Positions 8,591 to 20,500 of a stretch of 40,707 nt of DNA are shown piece after piece. The notes under the pieces are model-generated. The model had not been told where the DNA came from and ran no database searches. It saw only the letters and a list, made by a program, of their open reading frames with translations. How positions within the stretch are numbered: the first letter of the stretch is position 1; every line of letters begins with the position of its first letter. The stretch comes from an uncultured Christensenella sp. (GTDB lineage: Bacteria; Bacillota; Clostridia; Christensenellales; UBA1242): the NCBI GenBank assembly GCA_964369125.1, contig CAYJEF010000001.1, positions 1-40,707 on the forward strand, read 5' to 3'. The position numbers were made by a program, and so were the translations under genes.

Positions 8591-11500
8591 ATGGGAAAGG
8601 ATAAGTTTGGCAACGAAATAGGTAAGGCAAACGCGAATACATATTTTGCAAAACCAACCAATGTCGGTGGCGTTTCTTCCTCTGCAAATTCTCAAAATCC
8701 TTCCCAGAATTTTGGGAGACCAAATACGCCAAATTCTAATCAAAATTTTACTCGTCCAAACACAACTAACTCTCAAAATTTTGCTCGTCCAAATGTGCCA
8801 AACCAAAATCAAAATTTTGCTCGTTCAAACACCTCTCAACAAGGAGTGCCAGCGCAGAGAGTTATCATTCAAAATGGGCAAAGAATTGTCGTGCCAAACA
8901 CGCCTAATCAAAACCCAAATTTTGCTCGCCCAAATAATTCAAATCAAAATTTAAACGCAAACCCAAATGCAAATTTTCAAAACTCGGGAGGCGCAAACAT
9001 TCCCCCTTCTTCTGGCGGACAACCCCCTGCAAAGACTCCAAAACCAAAACGTAAGAAAGCGATAATTTTGTCTAGCATAATTATATGTGTCTTAGCGGTC
9101 GTGGGTATAATCATCGGGGTATCCTCCACAACTCCCACGACAAAAAATACTTACACACTCACTTTGGAAGTGGAGCCTTTTGTCGTCTCAAACACTTCTC
9201 TCGTTATAGTGGAAGGAGAAGTCCCAACTCTGCCAAACATCTCAAATGTTATGTCCGCTGACGGCAGAAAAACCCTTGTCGAATTTATGGGCTGGTTTAT
9301 GGACAGTGCAAAGACTCAGGCATACACACCTTCCGCCTTGGAGGGCGATTTGACTTTGTATGCGGGCTACACTCTCGGCACCGTGACGTCCACTTTTTAT
9401 GCTGTGGATTATTACAATAAATCGGGCAGTGGCTCGTCATCTTACATTTTGCTAGGGCAGATAGAGACGACATATTACACTGGCGAAATAAATTTCCAAA
9501 ACATAAAATCGTCGCTGGAGACTTTTACGGGAAGTGTTTATCAAAACCAAAACTCCGTGCTATCCTATTCCCCGCTGACGGGCAATAGAACTGCCACCTC
9601 TGTGACTGTGGCGGACTATAGAGAATTTTTCAGTAAATACTATTATATCTATGCTTTTACCAGCAATCCAAACAATCAAGACAACAGCAGAATATATCTG
9701 GCAAATTCAAGAGTAGAAACGCCAAACAACGACACGGTGTTCCTTGTGTCCATGGAGGCAAAACCCGTTACAATAAAATTAAACTCCAACCTATCGGGGC
9801 TTTTGTCCTACCCAGCCTACACTGGCGGAACATATGACGACAAATTGACGGACGAAGTGGTCACTATAAGCAACCGAAAATATGGCGACAACTATACCAT
9901 CGAAAACTTTACAACCTATCCTTTTAATGTCCGTGTGCCAGACTATCACAACTTTGAGGGGTGGTGGCTAGTGGACCCGCAGTCGGGCAGTGGCATTACG
10001 CCAACAAGCACAAACTTCATAAGTTTTAAGAACTTAACCAATGTCTCAAAACTCCTTGACTGGAGATTTTTAAGTGGCAGAACCGAAATAACACTATATG
10101 CAAAATGGTCGGAAATTTTCGGCGACATAATTATCTACACCGACTATGAGATTGACGCGAATAACAACGTTCTAACAAAATCACAATTAGATTCCTCTGT
10201 GTCCGTTGGCGTTGCGAAATCTCTTAGCGACATTACACAAGACAAAACAAGTTACCTTTATAAAAACGGCAGTGCGCTCCTTGGCTTTAACACTAGAGCC
10301 GATGGCACAGGTGTGAAGTATGACATATACGACGAGGTCCACGGGATAAAAGGCGCGACCCTTGAACTTTTTGCCGTCTACAAACGAATTGTGGACAACG
10401 TCTATATAAAACTGCAAGACGACGAAACCGACCGCGCAACTGTAGACACGAGCGTGCTTGACGCCATACAAAACTCCATAAATTTGAACGTAGCAAGCGG
10501 TTATCTGTTTGAAGATACTGAGGAAATCTCCGTAACACTTGACATCACAAACTGGCAGATTGTAATCACAAATTTGCTGGAGGGTTCGGAATTTACGTTG
10601 CCCGCTATAACTCGTTCAAACTACACGCTCTCGTTTTATCGCTTGGGCGCTGTTACAAAAAACGTGGGGACAACATATGTTGTGTCGAATCTTGATATTC
10701 TCTCCAGTATTTCGGGCGATACTATAACCACTTTCGTCACTTTTCAATCAGTGTGGACGGGAAACCCAAAAACGCTCTCAATTTTTGCCTATCCAACAGG
10801 GGAGAGCACATATGAGACAAAGGCTTTTAACTTGACGTATGGTATGAGATTGTTGCTAAGTTACAGTAAATCTATTCAAAACAACACCACTACTCTTAAC
10901 TGTGTCTTAAAAAATGCAACAACAAACCAAACTTTGCCAAATGGCAGTTTTGAAATTAAACGCGTGGGTTATTCTTTTCTTACTTTTAGAAATGGTGGCG
11001 AAGAAGGCGACGATCTTTTTGATGCAACTTTTGACACAGCATTTGTGTTAAATGACAATGTTTTTGAAATTTTCGGCACTTGGGAAGTGTGTTCCTATAG
11101 CATTACATACAACCTTGAAGGTGGCACCTATTCCTTCCGAGACGACGGTGAAGGCGATACCGCGACATATGAGCAAGACGGGCTGGCATATCAAACGAAT
11201 GTTTTATTGCTGACTGGCGAAGAAGTGACAAAAGAAGGCTATTATTTCGACGGTTGGGGCAGAATTAGCGGGAGAGTGGACTATTCTCCAAGCAATCTAA
11301 ATGCTGTTATTGAAAATGATATGACTTTGTTCGCCGTGTGGGCGCGCATTAACAAAGCAATCGTCCATATGCACGCAGGCAAAACAGGGAGTGAAGAAAT
11401 CTCGGCAGAAAGAGACGGCAGTTTCGCCCTGCCTGCTGACATTTTCGCGGGTTATACTTTCAGCGAATTTAACACTAGCCCTGACGGCACAGGCACGAAA

Positions 11501-14500
11501 TATTTGCCGGGGAACTATAACACAACTGTCGACATCGAACTCTACGCCATTTGGTTTACCATTGTTTTTGACGACGGAGACGACGGCACAAACGGCGTGA
11601 CTGGCACAGCACCTGCTTCAAAAAAAGTCTCATATAACTATACAATCACATTGCCACAAAATCCTTTCATGTGCGACAACTTCCACAAATTCGGCGGGTG
11701 GGAGCATGACGGCAAAATATACACCTCATTCACCGCAGACAACGAATCGGGGCTGGCAATGACCAGCGAAAACGTTGGGGCAACGCTTACTTTCACAGCA
11801 GTGTGGGAGAAGAAGGGCGTGCGCGTGAGTGTTTATTTAAACGGAACAACACAGCAATCTCTCGCGTCGGAACTGGTGAATGCGAATAACACAAACACCT
11901 ACACAATCTCAAGCCAGAACAGAAACTTGCCATACATAGACGACGACCACGAGATTGAATATATAACGGACGGAGTGGACAATTTTTATCTAAACGCCAA
12001 TAGATTTGCAATTATTGTTCCTGACCCAAATCTTAATATGACTTATGATGCAGTAAACGACGAGTTTTCTTATAGAGTTTACGCAGTGTGGAAAAAATGT
12101 GTAAAATTCTACGCCAACAACGGCACTAACGATTATGAAGTCGTGCAAGTGTTATCAAATGTAACAAACTATGTCCTCCCAACTGCGTTTACATTTGAAG
12201 CACCTCACAAAACTTTTGTGTCGTGGGGGATAAGTAACACCGCTTCATATACGAGCGCTTTGGAGGCAGGCGACACCGTTGCGATAACCGCCGACACCAC
12301 TTACTATGCCGTTTGGAGAGGCAATTCTTATACCATAAACTTTGTAGACGAGAGCGGAACTAACGCCTCGTGGTCACTTGAAAACATTTTATATGGTTCC
12401 AGCAGTCTAATTAACCCAAGTGTGGGCTTCAACACGACAGAATATTATGACAGCGAAGAAAACGCCATAAAAGTACTAAAGGGGCTTATATACACATATA
12501 CAGGATCGCCTTCAAAAACCTTTAGTTTGAACTCCCAAACGCTGGAGTTTATTAGCATTGCAGACGGCGGGTTTGTGGCAGACGACGACCTCACCACCGA
12601 CAACATTGTCACAATTAGCGCCCTTTGGGAAGAGAAAACTTATCAAGTGGTCGTGAATATAAACGGCGGGAATTGGACGGATACTGAGGAACAGAAATTA
12701 TCTATGTTCCCTAACCTTATTCTTGAGAATGATTCTATGATATACACAGTCACTTATTCGCAAATTCGAAATGATAATAGCGGACTAGTTTTGGCGTATA
12801 GAGGACTAACTAAAAAGGGTCACAGATTTCTATCGTTTAGTGCAATTTCAAATAACGAAGTGACAGGTTCCGCACCGTTTATCTATAAATTCTCTGGCAC
12901 GGCTGAGGACTTTGACACTGCAAATGGCGGAATGGTTAGCGCGAATTGGACAGAAGTTTACACTCTTATATACGACGAAAACGGTGGTGACGTGGACATT
13001 ACTACCATTCACCAAGTGGACAAAACTGGCGCTAGCGTCAATTTCACTATAATTGAAAGTCCAAACACAAAGCGCCAAAACTGCGATTATGTTGGACTGT
13101 ATTTTACTAAAAATATATCAGGAATATATCCAAATGCAACGACATTCTTTAACTGGGGTGACGCGATTACAATAACGCCAGAGATAATGTCTGCTTATGG
13201 CTTCCCTGAAACGAACACAATTACTCTCTATGTTATTTGGACGGCAGATGTTACTTTTAATTTTGAGCGTAACGAATTGCCAGCGGAAAGGACTTTAAAC
13301 GTGACGGGCTACACCACGCCACAAGGAAACGTCTCGTCAAATGTCATTTCTTTCACCAAAAAATATTTCGTAGGGACGACATTAGACGCAGAAGAACTCG
13401 CGCAATATCGCTATAATCTAGACGTGGACGACTTTATGCAATCGGGTTGGAAATATGCGGGGAACATTATTGACTTGCATTTAGTGTCTAGCAGAGTTAC
13501 ATTAACTGCCGTGTGGGCTTCGCACCCAATCACTATTATTCTTTATGTGGCGGACAATAATTTAACATATGTGAAAGCCACGGAAGTTAGCGTGAACACC
13601 AGCGCAGGTTCCGTGAATGTAAACGATTTATACACCTCTGTGTTTCAAAATTTACCAAGTTTGTTTGGCTATAATTTTGTGGGCTGGAAAACAAGCGGAG
13701 ATTCTAATATAATAAAAGAGACATACGTCTCCTACTATGATTCTATTACACTTTTCCCACTGCCAACCAACACCGCGCAATTATATGCCGTGTATGACTA
13801 TAGTTTTGTGAAAGTTGTTTATGACAAAGTAAATGATAGTGCGGGATACAACAATGCAGAAAACGCCGAAGTTTACGCCAATATTCTCTACGGCTCGTCA
13901 TATCAAATTAGAAATGACATTCCATATGCGCTAAATTTCTTCTCCATTGTCGGCTGGTCGGCAAGCGCGAATATATACGACATAAATTCCGTTGTGTCGG
14001 TGACACAAGAGAACGGAGTGCAAAGGACGTTTAACTCAAGCACCGGCAGATATGACTATACTCTAAGGCTACTAGCGCAGTGGCAAAGGGACATAGCAAC
14101 TATTACCATAAATCTCGAGGGCGGGATTTTCAGCAATACTGCTGGTGGCACGCTTTCACCTTTCTATCCAATATCGGGCAATGAATATATAGAGAGTTTC
14201 AGCGGGGAGGGCACGAGCGTTGTTGTTTTATCCGTCTATATTGGGGCTCTATCAGGCAACTATGGCTTCAAACTGCCAACAAACGCATATATTTCAAAGA
14301 CTGGCTCTATGCTGAAAAACTATTACAACCTTGTGGGAGCCACCGCTTCGCCTGACACACTTGTCGCATGCGAGACAAAAACCAATATATCATATTACGC
14401 AAACTGGCTGGAAGAAATTGCTATTAGAGTTTACTCCAACACTTCAAACACCGATGAAAACTATTTTACAATCACTTCTGCAATGACAAGTAACGTGAGT

Positions 14501-17500
14501 ATAAGTGCTTCGGCAAACGATTTTAGAGTGAATAATTTGCCTATTTCTTTCACAAATGACCACTATAGAATTGCGTCACTTAACAGCAAACGCGACGGGA
14601 CAGGCATACGATATAACACCTCAAACTATACATTAAATGACGAAAATTTTAACATTACCTCTGGTGTCGCCAGCATCTATTGCCAGTGGATTGGCGTGCA
14701 AGTGACAGTCACCATTGATATGCAGGACGGTGGCGGGATTGCTACGGCTCGCACGACCACAATAAGCACAACATACGGTGCAGACATTAACTTGTTTAGT
14801 TATTACACTTCGGACATAAACAACAGGGCGGACTCAGATGTTGCGTTGGTTTTTAGCCACTATGTAGACCAAGACGGTAACATATACAACGAAAACAATA
14901 AGTTTTTCAACACAAAAAACGTCGCGGAGTTTAACTCAGAGGGTTTCACCATTCACGCCAACTGGACGAATAAAATCTTTACAGTCACATTTTACTATGA
15001 CAGTATAAACTATAAATATTCGGGAACCGACCCTTCGCTTAAAGCCGAAGAGGGCAAGAACGAAATAGAGCGCTATTACATTGCGGGCGCCACCGTGCCT
15101 CTCATCACTGGCACATACTGCGTGAATATAAACGATGTCGGCAAGACATACCCTGTGTATTATTACAGAGGCTACACCGACGAAACGGGCAAACTATACA
15201 CCGAGGCGTTCCCTATGGTCAAGCGTGACATTACGCTGACGATCGCGTGGGGGACAAGAAACTTCAAACTTGCTATAGAACCAACAGGTTCGGCGTTAGA
15301 AGAAGAATATCATTTCAGCGAAGCAACCTACGCTGGAGTCACCCTGTCCTCGCCATATTCATTAAACGAATCTGGCAAACTTATTGTTAGTAATCTGACG
15401 GTAAATTCTGCGGTAGATTTTAAGAATGTTCCGCGTGCAGTAAACACAGGGTATGATTTTGAATATCTCCTGCTTATGAATTATAGCATTGCCACACAGG
15501 AATACACGGACACCAGATTATATGGGACATCGTCCGTATTCACAATTAGTCAAGACTTGTTGACAAACTCCGACGCATTTTGGAGGATTTCTGGCGCGTC
15601 TGGGTATTTTGAAATAAATTTTGTATTAGAGTGGCAACCAATAACATACATTGTTAATTACTCGCGAGAATTGCCAAAAATCGAGAATGGCTATTCTGCG
15701 TCGGCATCTTCGTCGGTGGAAGGCGCGCAAAAATCGGATTTGTTCACATATAATTCACTTTCCACATTGCAGGGCGGTTATTTGCTCTATGGTTGGACGC
15801 AAACGGGCTGGACGACCAAGCAAATGGTAAACGAAAGGACGCAGGAAAACTGCTTCTATTTCGACGAAGAGGACGATAACGCTTTGAACAAGGAATATGT
15901 CTATAACTTATCCATTATAGGCGAAGAAATAGTAACGCTCTATGCAATTTGGGAGCAAAATTCTTTTACAATAAACTTTATTGACGACAAGGGCGAGAAT
16001 GTCGCAGTCGCAGAGTTTTTATATGATAGTGTTTTATCTCTTGAAGATTTGTTCCCAAACACTATTGTTACTAGCACTTTTGACACATACTACTATACCT
16101 TCAAAGGGTTTGATTATTTGGAAAGATTTGTGACACTAGACGAAGAAATTGTTTTTTCCACGAGTTTATTAAACAATGGGTTTATAGTCACAAGTGACCT
16201 TGACGACAATACTATTGAATTAAATTCGGTGTGGGAAGAAGTGGACTATAACTTAAGGCTGGAACTTGGCTACGGCATATATTTGTCGCGCGCAAACATT
16301 TTTAGATACAACTATGATTTAGCGACTTCCACGCACAACATCACGCACAATATTAAATATTCGCAAATAAGTTCAAATGACGGCGTTTTGTTTAGCACTT
16401 ATATGGGGCTTGACGAGTCACTGCTTGTGAAAAGTGACTTTACTTTCGCCGGTTGGTCGCTAAATTCGCAGGCGCAATCTATGAATTTCTTGGCGGGAGG
16501 CGAAGTGAAAGTTGTGCTTGAAACGCCCGAAATCACACTCGACTCTTCCGGCAATTATACGTTTATTCTATACGCAATGTGGAACGAATATCACCTTCAA
16601 ATAAACGCAAACGGTGGCACGGGCGACACGGCGCTTGGTGAAGCAACGCAAGACGGAATAAATTGGACTATAACCGAAGATTATGCCTATGCCTACACAT
16701 ACTATGGCAAAAATATTACGCTGACAAACGCGTTATACGGAATGTTTGAACGCGCGAACTACCACATTCACCTAACTAGTGTTCCACTTATTGAGGTGAC
16801 AAGCAATTTGCAGTTTGACACACCTTGGACGGGCAACGAAAGATATATAGTCCTAGACCCAACGCAAAACGGGCAAACAACCGCCACTTTTGGCGCATTT
16901 GACGAAAATGCACTTGAAACGCAATATTCGGTGGAAATTACTAGCCCCGGATATATTGCGGTTACGCAACAGAACGCCGATTATGTCTACTATTATGACT
17001 ATGCGACAATGCTTGGGCATTTCGTATTATTGGCTGACGGGCAGAGCATAACAGACAAAATCTATGTAAAACAAATCGCTAATGCCATAATGATTAAGAC
17101 TTACTTTGGCGTCAGAATTGGGATAATCAGCAATATAACTGCCACAAACGCGGGTATGACTTTCTCCGGCTGGACAGACGGCAACAATAATTTCTCCACG
17201 CGAGACATCACCGTCGGCGGACTGGATAATGAAATCACATATCTATATCCAATATGGGACACGGACTATGCTTATTTTGAACTAAACAGCGGACTGTATG
17301 GCGCAAATACTCAGATTGATTATCTTGGCTATCCAGTGACATCAGAGTTGCAAAGCGACGGCGTTACAACCAAATATTTCGTCAACTTGCCACCTGTCGT
17401 CTCAGGCGATTATGTTGGTGTTGGACCAACCAAGCAGGGGTATTATTTCCTCGGCTGGTCGGCAATATATAAAACTTACGCGGAATATGTTGCAGACACA

Positions 17501-20500
17501 AACCCAGACAAGCAAGCACCATACAATCCAGAAATCACTCCACGAGTGGAAACGGCAGGAGGGAGCATAACATTCTATGCTATCTATCAACCTAGAACTT
17601 ACACTTTTAAATTTACTAGCAAACAGAGCCCAAATGACACCTTACTAGGCGGTTATAACAGCGAAATTGTTACAATAGTCGCAAATTTTGACGATGTAAT
17701 CTACTTTCCAGTGAAAAACGACGGGACTACTAACGGCACTACTATTGGAAGATGGTCGTTCCCTAGACAATCATTCTCTCATTGGTTAATTGGCTCTAAT
17801 AATTTTAGCCAAGGGTTTAAATTCACTGTAAATGTCCAAAACTTAAACAGCATAATAGGCAATTTTGAATCTCGCTCGGAAATAGAATTTTGCTCTGTGT
17901 GGGTTGATGCGGTTGTCGTGGTGAAAGTAAAACTCGGCGCAGGAGACATCTATGACTACATCGGCGACGAGAGTAAATATGACGTGGTGTTTGACGGTCA
18001 AAACACCTATCTTGTGTCTGAAAACGAAACACTTGGGCAACAATTTATTCTGCCAACATTGACCAACTACTACACCTTTGGCAAAAGCGCAGTGAGATAC
18101 ATTGACAAAGGCGGTGCGGAAATCCCAGTGGGCGTCAGCAGTGTAACTATCTCAAGTGAAAAGTTGGAAGCGGGACTCGACGCAAAGGGTAGGTTTGTAT
18201 ATATATTAACTCTCAGGTGGGAAAACGCCGAGTGTTATATCAAAGACTACTATGGCGTCGGGACAAATATACACTACTTTTTCTCAAAATTCGATAGCGC
18301 CATAAATTTCGTGGACGCAGACACTCTTTGTGCCACCGCACCAAATTATAATATTTTCATTCTATCCAATGCCGGCAATATTTCTTTGACAAAAGGCGTT
18401 ACGATAACTTCGGCGAAAAACTTGACGATTGCGCTTGATGCCACTGTTTCTGTTTCAGTAAACATTGTCAAACACTCCACATTTATTGGAAATAATATGT
18501 TTAATATCACCAGTGGCGGGTCTCTTTCAATAACCGCCGAGGGTTCAAAGGGAACGCTTGTGATAAGCGGAGCGTTTGCGACCAGCGGAGCGCTTATAAA
18601 ACTAACAAATGCCACGCTAAATCTCGGCAAAAATGTGACGCTTATAAACAGCAAAAATAATACAGAAGGCAAAGGTGGTGCCATAAACTCCATCAACAGC
18701 ACACTTAACATTAATGGCACGAGGTTTGAAAACAACTCCGCTCAACTAACCAACACAACTTCCTCGTATGGCGGGGCTATTTACGCCGAAAACTCACAAA
18801 TAACTGTCACACAAGGTGTGTTTTTGCAAAACAAAGCCAAAAGTCCAGCAGACGCATATGGCGGAGCAATTTATGTAACGGGTGGAACATTATCCATTTT
18901 GCTGGCACACTTCAAGCAAAACTCGGCGGACTATGATATTTCGGCTTCTTCTTATGGCGGGGCAGTGTATGCACAAGGCACAGAATTTAGTTGCACAAAC
19001 GCGTCAAGCACCATAATTTACGAGCAAAATTCGGCAAAAAATGGCTCTGCAATTTATCTCAAAAACTGTACAGACGCGGTCATTTCAAATGTTCACCTGC
19101 TAGAAAACGACAGTGTTGATGGCGGGATATATCTGTATAGTTCCACACTATATCTCTCAAATTCACTTGCTACATACAACACGGCGACTCGTGGCGCTGG
19201 TCTGTTTGTAAACAATTCAAATGTGTCCGTCACTTCTTGCGAATTTTCAAACAACACTAGTGTTTGTGGCGGGGCGATATACATTGAAAATGCAACGCTT
19301 ACCTCCACTGCCACTTTGTTTAACTCAAACTCTGCTCAAGGGACAGAAGTCCAAAGCGGTGACGGCGGAGCCATTTGTGCAATCGGCAGTTCTACCCTTA
19401 TAATAACGGGAAGTGTGTTTGAATTAAACTCTGCCACATATGGTGGCGCAATCTACACTGGTGGATCGACGGTTTTAACTATAAACAAAAATAATTTGAC
19501 CAAAAGCGCCTTTATTAGCAACACGGCCACCAATTCTGGTGGTGCGTTATACCTTGACTCGTCGGCGACAACATCTAGCATATTAAACGCAAAATTCTTA
19601 GAAAACAGCGCAACAAACGCCTCGGGTTCATCTACATATGGCGGAGCAATCTCGTTTAATAATGGTGAAACCACTTTAACAAGTGTCAGGCTTGTAGGCA
19701 ACAGCGCCACAAATGGCGGGGCAATGTTTATTTCGGGCGCGAAAGTCCGCGCGACATCAGTAGACACAATATATATATGTTATACGTTGGAAGACGGCAC
19801 GGTGATAGACAAAGAAGAATATTCCACAGGCAATCTTGTCTATGAAGGAGAGGGCGAAGAGAGCAGTCCACTTGAAGTAATAATCAAAGGAAACAATTCA
19901 GAATATGGCGGTGCATACTACGTCGCTTCGTCCGGCATTTTGTTACTGCTTAGTGGTGAAATTACTTCAAACGACGCAAAATCTTTTGGTGGCGCAATCT
20001 ACAACATTGGCACAATAACGATGACTGCACCAAACTTTGCGGAAAACACCGGGAACTCCATTGTCCACAATGTCGGCATTTTGGAAATCGTGGGGAATGC
20101 GACATTTGGCAATTCACAAACAATATATATAGATCAAAGAGAAGACACTTCCTACTACTATATAACCATAAATATAAACAACTACGACAATAATGGCGAA
20201 AAAATCTATTTAATGTTTGACCTCGTCGGCTATATTCTTAATATTCCTGTGGTAAAATTTACAAACACTACTTATTTTGAAAATTATAAGAATGGCTATA
20301 AAGTTTTTGAGGTCTACGACTCGTCCATTTTCCTCATCTCGCCAAGCAGGACTTCTGCGGATTTGGTGCTTTATCACCAAAACTATAAACTATATTTTAG
20401 CGATGTAAGTAAGGACGTAAACAAAATTACACTGCCTGAACATATAACCTTTGTGTATGATGAGTCTCTTTCGCAAGAATTCGTGGACCTTGTGAACACA

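Noticed and set aside
8588-8954. ORFs 8588-8812(-) and 8646-8954(+) overlapping the 5' end of the giant gene.
   Set aside because: Both run through the caaaattttgctcgtccaaa tandem repeat and simply translate it in other frames (ILRI..., KILLVQT...). Neither has an RBS. The giant frame has AGGAGG-N6-ATG and continues for 32 kb.
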